DNA from: Lama guanicoe
Lineage: Eukaryota
DNA: 64,000 bases
Direction: 5' to 3'
Assembly: GCA_013239625.1 (NCBI GenBank)
Contig: MU054187.1
Location: forward strand, 1,425,964 to 1,489,963
The notes under the pieces were generated by a model. The model saw nothing but the letters and a program-made list of their open reading frames with translations, had not been told where the DNA came from and searched no databases. Made by a program: the position numbers and the translations under genes. Below are positions 24,583-37,330 of the stretch, one piece after another. Position 1 is the first letter of the stretch; each line of letters opens with the position of its first letter.

Positions 24583-26389
24583 GGCGGTGTGTGGTCAAGA
24601 CTCAGGAAGATGACGACGTTTGCTGAACTGTCTAGAAAGGGCAGCCTTTTGACACCACAGCCCGAAGGGGCAGGAAAGAAACAGGCCGACTTCGGTTTTG
24701 TTCTTCCTCCCGATGGCACGTCTGTGATTGTCTCCCAGCTGGCAGCCTCTGCGAAGCGTCTGGGGTGAGGCGGCACAGGACAGGGAACGATGAGGGGAGA
24801 CAGCGCGTCTGGGGGAGGAAGTGCAGAGTGCCTCTCGCCAGTTAGAATCCTCTCCTGCCCTGCGGTCACCTGGAGAAAATCCCATCCCGAGCATACGGGA
24901 GTCACAAGGTGTCACCGGCCACCGAGATGTCACAAGATGATGTCAGTACTGTTACACTTCCTCCTGGAACCTGCAGTCTGTTAGACTCCGCTTATGCACT
25001 AATGGAATACTGAAGGGGCAGGAAATGATTAAAGGTAAACGCTCGGAGCTGCCACGGCCAGCCCTGCAAAAGGTCACTGGGCCGAGGCTGAGGTCACCAC
25101 TTCCTCCTCCCACCAGTCATTTTATGCCCCTTTCCTCCACCAACACCTTCACTCAGTGAGGTTCAGTACCAGGAGTGTGACGCAGACGTCCAGTCCTGAC
25201 AGACCTCAGTGCTCAGTGGCTTGGCTCTGTGAAGACATCAGCACGTACTGTTGGGCACGGGAAGCCCCAGGTGTGCTCTGGGACACCTGGCTTCCAGCTG
25301 TGGCCTCACTGCCCAGATACCTTTAAGAAACCTGGTGTCCTCTTGGCAGGCGGGAGCAGGCGCCTGCGCCAGCAGAGTCCCGTGCTCTCTGACTGCCCCC
25401 TCAGTGGCATGTGGCACCCAAGATGGCTGCAGAGCATTCCAGCCTCCGGGTCTACACTGCCTTTCTTGGGGGAGGTGGCTTCCTCCAGGGAACTAAGACC
25501 TCCAAACCGTCAAGTTCAAGGGGCGAAGCAGACAGCATGGACTCCTTCGTGGCTGGGAGGTGAGTGAGGGATGCTCAGTATGGCCCCTCCTCCAGCGCCC
25601 ACAGACGCCGGTGTTCTGACCACAGGTGGAAACAGCACCGCGCACTGGCTGCACGATTTAAGCGAATGCTGTATCCATTAGGGTCATATTCCACGCGTGA
25701 GGGGCAGGCGACGGCAGACACGGAGATACACCACTAAGGAACACTGCCCGTCCCAGGGCTGAAGTGTTAGCAGCCAAGCGCCTTCGCGAGTCAGCCCCGC
25801 CAGGGCCTGTCCTGGCTCTGGAGCGGTGCCAAGGGCATGTCCCTCCCCGGCGCAGTCCAAGTCCAGGTGGACGATGATATCCGGCTACTTGGCCCAACAC
25901 GGAACAACCCAGCCCCTTTCAGCTCCAGAATTCCCCAGGGGAGGCGGGAGCGACCAGCCTGAATCACACACCTGTCGGTGCCCATCCCAAGGGTCCTCCC
26001 AGAGAAACACACCATACACGGACCTCTCCCTCAGCCCGTCTCCGGAGGACCCAAACCCCACACACCTCCTCTGAGGCGGGGTCGGGGGCATGCCTGACCC
26101 TTCCACAGCCCCTGCCCCAGGCGTCTCAGGCCAGCGGCTTGTGAGTGATAGGAATTTGCAGTAAGACGGTGAATCCCATGACAAAGGCCCTTCTACACTC
26201 CCTCCCTGTAAGATGAGTCCCTTGGTCAAAGCAGTGCTTTGCGGGCGCCGTCTTGGCAGATGAAGCGTTCGGAACGCCCACAGACAGCAGGGCCGGGCAG
26301 AAGCATCAGGACAAGGAAAAGAAAGGTAACTCTGAAAATCCTGTTTCCCCATGAGAAACTCACTGTCCCCAGTAGGACGGAAGCTGTCA

Positions 26390-26741
26390 GGTGTATCAAA
26401 CTCCTCCTGAACCCCCAATGTGACCCTGTCAGGAGATGGGCCTTTAGGGGGATAATTAAGATGAAATGAGGTCACAAGGCTGGAGTCCAAGTTCTGTAGG
26501 ACCCAGGTCCTCACAGGGAGAGACCCCAGAGAGCCCCTGTCTGGGCTGCATGAAGAAAAGACCGTTTGAGGGCCCAGCGAGAAGACGGCCGTCTGCAAGC
26601 GGGAGGGGCCCCCACCAGACACCCGCCCCGCCGGCGCCCGACTTGGACTTCCAGCCTCTCGAACTGTGACGAGATGCATTCCTGCTGTTTGAGCCTCCCA
26701 GACGGCGGTGTTCTGTCCTGGTAGCCCGAGCTGACTAGTAT
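26390..26741 (+). mobile_element. MLT1 (MaLR) LTR, MLT1A/B-like
   Basis: acccccaatgtgaccctgtcaggagatgggcctttaggggg...cttggacttccagcctctcgaactgtgacgagatgcattcctgctgtttgagcc...gtagcccgagctgactagtata. Confidence 0.9.
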
Positions 26742-26839
26742 AACGTCCTTGCTCAACCAAGTGCTTAACTGAAACCCAAACAGGTCAACAGAGAAGCGCA
26801 GTTGCTAACTGACCACTTAACCAGCACTTAACCGGCACA

Positions 26840-27190
26840 GCACCGGCCTGTGCGTGGCCCCGGGGGCGGCGGCCGGCCCCGGGCGCTGTCACTGGCACAC
26901 AAGGCTCCGCTGCACGTAGCAGAAAGACAACCTTTCACGTCGAATAAAACACTGAAAACAAGCAGAGACTAGGACGTGTACTACAGAAGGAAGAGCTACA
27001 GAGGAAAGGCAAACTGAACCTGCCCGCAGGTGACACTGAGGTTTAATGAAGAGCAGCGAAGCCCCAGCAAGCTGAACATCCCAGCCCGAAGGGCGGAGCC
27101 GGGGGCCACGCAGAGCCGAGCACGGAGCCCGCGCGGACCAGCCCCGGGCCCCTCGTGCCGAAAGCACCCGTCCTCAGAGTGCCGTGGTCT
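26840..27190. promoter_or_regulatory. CpG-rich segment with GC boxes downstream of a MYB-motif cluster
   Basis: cgggggcggcggccggccccgggcg and gggcggag motifs; CpG-dense. Confidence 0.4.
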
Positions 27191-27354
27191 AACAGATTGA
27201 AGTAACTGAGTGTAAAGTGTGCTGGGTCTAAATTTTGTGATGTTTACTTGTATTTGATTTACACGCATCAAAGCGTCTGAAAATCGAGCCTCAGTGTGTT
27301 CTTCGTGGTGCAAGAGTGCAAGGAGATTTTTTTGCCTTCTTTGTTACTGATCTT

Positions 27355-27385
27355 GTGTGCGTGTACACGTGTGTGTGTGTGTGTC
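27355..27385. repeat. Short imperfect (TG)n
   Basis: Read directly. Confidence 0.8.
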
Positions 27386-29301
27386 TGCACGTGTGGGGAC
27401 CCTGTGACAACTGCACCCGCCTCGAGCCCTGTCGTGCGGTACGTGCGTCTGTCCTCCTGACGAGGTCGGGTTGGTGCCAAGTGACACCTGACTCGGTGGT
27501 GGTTTGTTCTTCATGTTCTGTTCCTGAAATGGGAGCAGAGGACCCTCGGGGTGGCCAGCAGGGATCCGAAGCCCTCCACCGACACCGGATCTTCTGCTCG
27601 GGCTTCAGGAAGGGCAACCGCCCTGTCTCTGTCCTCGTCAGCTGGAGACGCGGCTCCCAGGGGAGACTGTGGGTCTAACAGGTGCCGACGCGTCTGTTTC
27701 CCGAGTCCTGAGCACGTCAGGAGAGTGAGTCAGTCTGGCCTTTCCACCTCATGAGTCTGAACAATGGACTTTTCCAGCTTTTTAAAAATTGTCAAAAAGC
27801 CTATTGTGCTTCTTAATAAAACATCACAGGCTAATAATTCATTTCAAACATTTCTAAAGATGCTGCGTGGGAGGAACATAATCTTCAGGAAAGAGCAAAA
27901 ACAAAACATCAAACCAAAAACGTGGAGATCACTGAATTAAATGTGTCAAGAACAGTGTTTACTGAATCACAACATAATTTTGATTGAACCTGTCTTGGCA
28001 TTCATCACTTTCCCAGACCTTAAAGATGACAGTTAAACGGGCAGCCTCGTACCTGTGTTCTAGACTCTCAGTCCTGTGTTCCATCTGCTGTTTATGCTGC
28101 AGACTCTTAGACAGGAGACTCTCCTCCCTTGTCCATTTCCTGTTCCATCCAAGTAGATGAGGCTGAAATTCTGTCTCCTCTTGCAAGGTTATTGAGTTTT
28201 AAGTGGAAATTACAGGGCATAACGAACAATGGACCATGCATAATTTGTAATCAAAAAGAAACACCAATACAAATAGAATTTTCTAACGTAAAAGAGATGA
28301 CTTTTTTCCTTTTTCTTTTCATTAAGTAGGAAAATTCCAGAGACTCTCAGCAGATGAGCAGAAAAGGGGACAGTGTGAGATGGTTCTGCACTGTAATAAG
28401 ATGAGTTAGGAACGAGCAGAGCACACGTCACTGCACTGAAACTCAGTGGAGCTGCTGAAACCAGCTCCACCAAGGCCCAGCTCAGGCCCCGGGGCAGCGG
28501 CCCCGTCCTCCGTCTGGCACTAATTACGGAAATATCTTCTGTATGATGATCCACGACCAGACTGTCTCTCTCAATCTGTTCCACTTCCTTGCTTCAGCGC
28601 TGATTTATCCCATTTCTCAGTGACCTTCTGTGGGCGCCATGGAAGTTCACGGCTGTTTCATTCACGCTATGTGCACATGGTTTGAAGACTAACCTGGAGA
28701 AAGGGCTTTATTTTCCTGGGGAAATTAAAGAGAAACAACCACAGCGTATCAGTATTGAAAACATATTTAAAAGCACAGGCTTCCACTGGGAAAGAACTCA
28801 CAGAGAGGAAGAAACTCTACTAAAACTGCAGATCAGTGATTATAGAGAATTACCTTCTCAAGACAAGGGTTTCTGTGTCGTCTTAAGCATGAGGTGGCTT
28901 TGTTCTTGAAAGATAAACAATGGATGTATTCTTAAATTTTTCCACTTGCAGCTACAGTGAACTCTAGTACACGTCCAAGGGAAAATCTGTGATTTACTAG
29001 TTGGATTGGCAGAATAACAAGTCCACCGATGGACTCAGGAAGAGTGAAGAGACAGGCTGGTCTCTCACGGGCAGTGCTGGTGGCGATGAAAAGGAGGAAG
29101 CGACGACTTTCTGCCAGGATGGGATAAGGGGCGTTCACGGGGAGACAGTCAATCCAGTTCAACAGACATGGGAACCTTTCCTCCAGCAACTGCTGGAAAG
29201 AAATGGCTTATTTCCTGAGGCTCTAATAATTCTATCATATTTTAAGTAAACTGGAAAGAAAAACCAGATTGTCTCAAACGCTGGCAACAAGGAGGAAGAA
29301 C

Positions 29302-29891
29302 ATATTAATTTTCTGTTGCTCTGCAGCCGAGTCCCACAGACTTAGGGACTTAAGAACCGCACCCAACCCCTGGGTCAGGAGTCCAGGCCTGGCTCTGCTG
29401 GGCTCTCTGCTCAGAGCCGAACAGGCTGCAACCCCGCTGTGGCTGGGTGCGTTCTCATCCGGAGGCTGGGCCGGGGAGGGATCTGCCGTCTTCATTCCAC
29501 TGGTCGTCCCACAGTGGCTGTGGGGTTGACGACCCTGGGACTTTGCCAGCTGTGAGCTGGAGGCTGCCCGCAGTACCTGGAAGCCACCTGCAGGCCCCCC
29601 TGCGGGTCTCTGACACGGCCAGTCATGGCTCGAGCCAACCTCCAGGAGGCCCCGCCCCTCCCTCAAGGCCGTCCGTGGCCGGCTGGGGCCTCCGGAGACC
29701 ATCTCCCTCTGGGTTAACTTACCACCCACTGAGGATCTGGAGCCTCAGGTACTGTTAAGACCTTTCACCTTGGCCACGTTCTGTCAGCCGGAAGCAAGTC
29801 ACAGGTCCAATCCACACTCACAAGGACGGGATTACGTGGGGCACGAACACCGGGGGACAGAATCAGGGGGTCTCCCCACCGCCTGCTCACC
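29302..29891 (-). mobile_element. MLT1 (MaLR) LTR, MLT1E/F-like, GC-shifted
   Basis: ttaattttctgttgct...gggtcaggagtccaggc...ggaagcaagtcacaggtccaatccacactcacaaggacgggatta is antisense MLT1. Confidence 0.75.
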
Positions 29892-32800
29892 AAGAGGGGA
29901 AAGAAAAACCTCGGCGGCGAGGCCAGGCCCGGGAGCGGAGTTTGCAGGGCTCCCGAGGGGACGTCCGCCCCGTGGTCACCGCGCCGTCTCCCCGTCAGGG
30001 GCAGGCTAAGACCTTTAGGCACCTCCATGTGCAGTTTAAAACAAAAAACAAAGCTACTTACATTAAGAGTAAAGAAACAACGTGTAAGGAAAATCGCCTT
30101 TCTTACGATGACTATGATGACTAATTCAATTTTTTAAACATTGTATTGACACATTTTAAATGTTCCCTTTTTGCTGTTTCTCTGGGCACCTGCATGCTGT
30201 GTCTGCTTACTGGGTGACCCAGTTTTGCTCACAGAAAGAGATTTTATGTCTCACTCACCTGTTTCTGAGAGAGAAAGAGATTTGCTGGGGTATTTGGGTG
30301 CACTTTCTAGTAACTTAGAGGGTCACCTGTCACACGGAGGAAGGAGCGGAAACAGAGATAATCTATCGTTTTCAAACGTGGCTCAATCTTAAAAAATTAA
30401 CCACTTCTTTTCAAATACATTCATGAAAAATCTACATTTATCCTGAAATGAATTGAAAACATTACAAAGTGTACTAAAGAGCACAATTCTCTTTTGTCTG
30501 GTTTTACTAATTGGCTGCTAAGTAACATTGCCGTAATTAAACTGCCTGTAAAGCCGTTCTCTGCCCCATTTTCTTCTTACACAAAGTACAGTGTTCTTTG
30601 CTCCACATCTAACGTTCTTATTAAACAGTGTTCAAAAGGGAGAAAGCAGGCACAATTATCTTAAAAATTCTCTCAACTTATTACACATATTACACAGATC
30701 CCTAGTTTCTGCCTTGTGAACTGACTGGTTCTTACCACGTAGAACTGCTGTTCAGCATTTCAGAAGAAAAGGAAACACTGATTTGGAGTCGAGTTGCCTC
30801 CAAAGTCACGGCACATCGCTGAGAAATCTTGGGCTCAGACCTGCCACGTGTTTTGCAGATTTTTCTGCTTCTCCCCTGAGGCTCCGTCAGTGTGCGCCCC
30901 CGCGACCTTGACGCAGCGGCCCCTCTGAGCCCTGGACATAACGGCTGTGAAATGATTGCAGGGCCGGGCGGCAGCATCCTCTTTGTCTGTCTCCTGAACT
31001 GTGCTGGATGTCAACCTGCGCAGCCCCTAATTAGCGCTCCTACTGGGCCTGCTTGTGTTCAGGCAGCAAGACCAGCTGCGGGGGCGGGTGAACCAGCTGG
31101 CAGGCCTCCTGCTCACCTTGCTTAGGGTTCGTTAATTGTGTCTGAGGGGCTGCGAGGCTCTCAGGGCTGCCTCTGCTCTGCGGGTCCCTCCCCCCACCAC
31201 CAGGCCGCAGGGAGCCTCCCCGGGCGGGGGTGGGGGACGCGGACTCGCCACAGGCCCCTCTCCCTCACTGACTGGTTTCACACCAAGGTTATAAAAGCAA
31301 CAGAAGCACCGACTGTGAGCTCAGACCACTGCCTTCGTTCTTAAATCATCATGAGAAAACACCAAAAATAGAAAAAGTCATGAAGACTACATTCTTAAAA
31401 TCTGGCCTCGGAATAGATCTGCCTTAAATGATTTCACATCGCTGCTCAGCTCTGACCCCCTGCGGGTTCTGGAAAGCAGACCCATGAGCTCGGAGAAGGA
31501 ACCGGCGGTACGTTCAGTTCCTGACGGCGTAACCGTGTGGATGAGCAGAACGCGCACCAGGTCACCTGGCAGCGGCGATGCCAGGAGAGGCAGACCGAAG
31601 ATTCAAGGTAACACGCGCCGTTAAGCCTCCCGAGGGCTGTTCTATGTTTTGGAGGTGAAGCCAGCAGTGCATGATTCCAGAGCTGCTTAAAGTAACAGTC
31701 AACAAGGAAATCGTGCTGACTGTCTCACTGAAGAATGCAAATGAACCGCTGAAAAATAAACCCGGGTCTAACAGCACATTAAGAGTCAGGTCCCAGCAGC
31801 AGAGGCAACCATCTCACTGTTAATCTGGTTTTCCTTGCAGAGCAACACCGTGCAGCTTCAGGTGAGTGACGCACAGAGTGAAGCGACGCGTCTACAGACA
31901 ATCAGAAGGAATTTGGCCCTTCCCTGCAAAAACGCCGTCACTCTGTTTTCCCGTCTCCCCTTATAATGCTCCTGCCAGTGATGCCAGGAGCAAAAGTGCT
32001 GAAGCGCGGAGCTGCACCTCAGCTGGAAGCCACAGCGACGTCACAGGGAGGTTCTTGTCCGCCTGGAAAACGTGGCTCCAACGGACACCGGGATTCTCCG
32101 ACTGATGAAGAATGAAAAGGCGATTGTTTTGGAAAATGTTCTATTTCCTTTAAGAAAAATTAAAGCAAAATTTCTGTTTTCAAGAAAGTACGTCCTTCCA
32201 GACACTGTTACTCTGCTTTCTCTTCTACCTCTTTTCTGCTGAATCGTCTGAAACGCGTGACCCAACTCAAATCTCAAGGGAAAGCAGATTCGTCTGCAAG
32301 CCTGTGTGGCAAACCTCTCCTCTACGCTCACTTTCAAAGGAGCAGAGGCATCTGGGAAGAGAACGCACTGTCAGGGAAGAAAGGGTGAGGAACGGAAGCC
32401 CCGACCCAGGGAGAGAGCCGGGCAGAGAGGGCCGTGGTTCCGGCCCGTGTCCGTGGTGGCCAGTCTCCTCCGCAGGGTTCACCCACCGCAGGTTCACCCG
32501 TCTCGGTGGTGGGACTCACTCAGCGACTGCAATAAAGGCAGAAAGGTCGATTTTATAAAAGCTCAGTGAGACACTGAGAGCCGGGAGAGCCACTGAGGTA
32601 GCTCTCCATCAGATGATCAGACTGTAACGTGAAGGGGCAAGTTCTGACACAGTTCCAGCAGAACGCTTCAAATCTCTGCCCGTGGGCTTTCTCAGACTTC
32701 GGGAACACAGGCACAAGGTGACGGCAGTGAGGGACACCTCTGTCCTCAGCAGCGGGAAATAAGCGGCTTTTCCTGAACTCTCAGGTAGCAGCGCACTAAA

Positions 32801-35800
32801 GACACTGGAAAAACTTGAACGCCACTTTATTCAGGGGCTGAGATACAGAGAACTCATGGAATTTCTATTTTTATATTAATTTTGGTTCTACTACTGCAGT
32901 TCTATTAAACCGGCGGATGAGACCTGTGAAGACACAATTATACATCTAGTCGGACCTCTGTCTCAGGTTTCTTTAACACCAGACCCCTTAGCTCTACCTC
33001 GTTTTTTTAAAACTTGGCTTTGTTTCTGTTCTAATAATGTAAATCTATTATGAACCTTTTGATTTTCTTTTAAATGTCATATGCATCTGTAAACTCATAA
33101 GTACACTATTACAAGCTGGGGTTTTTTCCTAAAGCAAAAAGATCCTTTATGCCTTCTCATATTCTTTTTCATTATAGGCTCCTACAAGATAATGAATGAA
33201 TTAATTAATTGAGGGGAAATAAAGCTCGTTTGTCAGCTCAGGAGGCTGGGCTGGACACAGGAGAGCTCACTGAGGAGGAGGCATTGCAGGAACCTGGCCC
33301 CGGGGACCGGGCACTCGGTGATGCCGGAGGTCAGCTTCTCCTTTCCGGGAGGTGGCTTTCCCCAGGGCAGGGGACATGGCTCCAAGTGCCCCAGCTCTAA
33401 GGTTTCACTCTCAGATCCACGCAGACACCAGGACATCTGTCCATCTCCGATCTGAACTGCCCGGGGAAGAAGGCAGCCGGCCCGGACTGAAATCAATGTT
33501 CACCCTGGGCACACGATACGATGTCCTGGTTGTTCCCCGTTTCTCATAAAAGTGAGCGTTCAGGCAACCTGAAGTCCCCTGGATGAAGATACTCACTCTA
33601 AAGATTCACATGAGAGAAGCACGCCTGGAAAAAATGAGGTCTTGATCAGCACGTGACGTCTCTGTCTGTTTCACTTTTGTCTTCAAGTTAGAACCACACA
33701 CAATGTAGACTTGGTTTTAAAAGACACTTATGCATATGAAAACTAACAGGCTTATTTATTTAAAGCATTTCTCCGATCCTTTCATTCACGGCCATAAGCT
33801 TTTAGTCTCTATGACCGTGTGGGCGGCCACAGCTACGCATGGACACAGCTTTCCCGCCGTGTCTTCTGTTAGTGCTTTGGCCTTTCTGGCAGTAAAGTCA
33901 TCACCTTGCGTCTAATGCAACTTGCTAAGGTGGCCGTTGCACTGGGCGATGTGTCATCAGTCCTGGATTCTAAGGTGACCTAAAACAGCAGCAAGGATGC
34001 AGACTTCCAAGCAGCGGGAGAAACCGATGACTTGACAAATCAGAGTTCAGTGTTTCCTGAGTATAGGTAATTACACGATTCAAATCTAATTTAAAGATAG
34101 GTTTTGTGATTCAGTAACACGGTTAAGCATTCTTTCAAGCAGAATTTTCACTCTCACTTCCACCTGGAAAATCAGAATTGATATCAACATGATGAACTTT
34201 TCCCACCACAAGGTCATAAAGTGGATGAAGCACTGAAAAGTCAGCAGAGGTGATGAGAGGTGAGTTGGCTCCGTGTTACTTAGAAGCATGATCATCAGAA
34301 TATGCTGATATATTTTATTCCAAATATGTAATATGTGGAACAACACAGCTGGTTGTTCATAGATGCGTGTCTCATATTAACATCTTAAAAGTTTGGCAGT
34401 AAGATTCTGAACAAGCAGGGATGAAATATGCACATTCATAGAAAACAAGCGGCTATTTGATAACGTTAAGCAGCATTTGCTTAGAGATTAAAACCTGAAA
34501 AGGACCTTCACATCCATCACTACATTTGGTTCTTCTAGCCCGACGTTACTGTTGTTTGAAAGAGAACATTGTAACTGAGAAATGTTACATGATTGAAAAA
34601 AAAGCTTGTGGCACAGTGGAACCCACATCTGGGATATTCTGAGTTTAATTTCTTCCACCTGTAAGTTGTGTCACATTCTTTTGGATGTTTAATATTAATT
34701 TTGCATTTTTATGAGAAATAAACTTCATTACCCAGCAATGCCGTTCTTTATGTTACATGTACAGAGTATTATATTTGGGTAGAATGTGTTTTCTTATTCC
34801 CACCTCTTTTGGTACAAACAAGGGAAATGGACACTTCAGCTTGAAACCCAGATATGAAACGTTCCGGCCTCTGAGTATCGTGGTGATTCAGCAAGTGAGC
34901 CGGCCACACGCCTGCTGCTGTCGGGACGGGAGACCCACCGGGCGCGACTGCGCTGACCTGAACCTCGGGCCTCTCCTGGGTGAGACCAGCTGTCACACAC
35001 GAGGGAGCCGTGTTTGCCGAAACTCGCGCAGCCGATCCTGGCTTGGTGGCCATTTTATTCCGGGCCCCATTCCTAGCAGGCAGGGTCATCACCAGTTTTC
35101 CACCAACTGCAAAGATATCCTTTCCTATTCCCGTGTGATCTGGGAAGGTTTCTTCGCGTATCGAAGACGCAAACCTTTTTACCAACGCCAAGCAACACTG
35201 TGCGTACCAACGTCCCCGTCTGAACCTGCAAGGTGACAGCCCCCAGCGGAACGTCGGGCTTTTGCAGGTGTTCAGCGTTTTTTCAACCTCATCGGCTTAC
35301 CCAGTTCTCTTGATTTATTCAGCTGGAGACGCTGTCAGGTCTTCTCTGACAAGGCCATATGTTTTGCAAATCAAATTCTCACACCTTTCTCTGCTATTTA
35401 GTGAAGACATTTGTCATGTAAGTGCCGGCACCAGAACCGCGCCTGCCACTTTGGCATTTTGCTTGCAAATTCTTTACAAGTGCGATTATTGCTCTTCACC
35501 ACGGTTGAGCCTTAAAGAGAGAGCGCGTTGTGAGTTGGTCCTTCTCCCATCCCAGAGGGTCCTGCTTAGGCGTGAATTACCAGGGCGTTTTGACGTCCTG
35601 TATGTGGCAAACCAAAGGCCTCCTCTCACCGCCTCCACCAGCAAAACGTCGCCCACGGCTCGCGGCGGCAGTCCCGGGTGTACCGTCGTTGGGTCCACAT
35701 CCACGGTGAGAAGACGGTGGGAGACGCTATGCGATTCCAGGCCATCACCCACTGAGTCGGGACTCAGCGAACGAAAGGGAACCTGCTAAGGCTGACACTG

Positions 35801-36677
35801 GCAGATCGGCTTGGCAAGATCCAGGAGCATCCGTTTCAGTGACTTCACCCCCAAAAAACATCTTCGGAATAAACACCAAGCTTTAGAAACCCCAGCGTTC
35901 CAGCTGCACTGCAGTGCCTGCGTGGGTTCAGCGTGGTAGCCACACTGTCAGAAAGGATCCTCTGTGCTGTTTCCAACATGGGTCGCTGTTCAACCAAACG
36001 GTGGGTCAGGAGAGTCCTGTGTGGAACCTGTGACATAAGCGCCCAGCAAAAACACTTAGGACGTGAACGCAATAATATAATGGGTCCTCTACAGCTTTCT
36101 GCTTATTTGATGCCGAAGATACAATCCTCTCAGAGAGGCCCAGTGCCCCGGTGTCGCCGGAATGCTCAGACCACCTTTCTGCTCACGTGGAATTCTGTCC
36201 CTGTGTGCGCCGTGTCTCCACTTCTGCAAACTGCTGTCATCCTGTCATTCCCCTTGGGTGTGGCTTGTGACATCACTTAAGTCTCTCCCAGCCTAAGCTA
36301 AAAAGGCAAAAAACCAGACAGCCAGTTTGCTGGTCTGCAGTTCATAAGCTGACTGCTACAGTAACTGGCACGAGAAACCAGGACTTAACGTACGCTCTCA
36401 TGGGCTGAAGGCCAGCGAGGTCAGCACTCAGTTACAGGACACCCGGCGACTCTGAGCACCAGCAGGGCGACGACACGCCGCACGAAGCGTCCGTGCAGGG
36501 CCAGGCTTTGTTCGGGCCGCGGGCCTACAGCCCACGTCCTTAGGACGGCGCACAGAGGGCCGGGGGTGCAGGATGGGATGGCCACTTTTTACCTGCGTTG
36601 TAGAGCTTTGCAATTAAAAATGACAATGTTTTAGTGTTTTGGCTTGAATTACGGTTATAAAATGAGCATTTGAAGAA

Positions 36678-36825
36678 TTGAAGCACAGTTGACTTACAGT
36701 GTTGTGTTGGCTTCCAGCGGACAGCAGAGTGATGCAGTCACACACGTGCGTTCTTTTTCAGGCTCTTTTTCATTGCAGGTCATGGCAGCTTTGAGGGCAG
36801 CTCCCTGCGCTGCAACATGGGTCCT
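36678..36825 (-). mobile_element. Artiodactyl/camelid L1 3' end, strongly GC-shifted
   Basis: Aligns with the copy at 21219-21380 and the rc of 44150-44290. Confidence 0.8.
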
Positions 36826-36849
36826 TCTGTCCCCGTCCCCCAGGCCCTC

Positions 36850-37330
36850 AGGACGGCTAGTTCCCGCTTTTCTCTCAGTCTGTTCCCTCTCTGTCTCTGT
36901 TTTTGCCTCCAGCCCTGCTCATCTGTCTTCAGCTTCGTGGACTCCACTCCGCCATCACCTCTCTACTTTTGAGCCCAACCAGTGAGTGTATATAGTTCAG
37001 TGATTTTTTTTTTAGTTCTATAATTTCAGTTTGGTTCTTTTTTATAACTTCTATTTTTCTTGGATTTTATATTTTCACTTATTTCAAGATTATAATACTT
37101 GCTGAATAATTTTTGAAGGCTACTATAAAAACCTTGTCACCTAATGTCCACACCTGACTCATCTCCGTGCTGGCATCCACTCATCATCTTCTCACACTGG
37201 AATTGTGGTTTTTCCGCCTCTTTGTATAAGGAGTGATTTTGTATCGTATGGTGGACATTTAAAAAGTGTGTTGTGAAGCTCTGAATCCTATTATTTGTAC
37301 TCCTCTTTCTTTATGAGTTTTTAAACCAGC
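36850..37330 (-). mobile_element. Old L1 (ORF1-region) remnant
   Basis: T-rich; ttcagtgatttttttttagttctataatttcagtttggttctttttt is typical of antisense L1ME. Confidence 0.6.

Noticed and set aside
25885..26760. 291-aa minus-strand ORF (longest in the track)
   Set aside because: The first ~40% runs antisense through an MLT1 LTR; GC-rich, no recognisable domain, non-ATG start
14981..31874. Exact 15-mer aggtgagtgacgcac at 14981 and 31860
   Set aside because: About two chance 15-mer matches are expected in 64 kb, and half of it is the donor consensus
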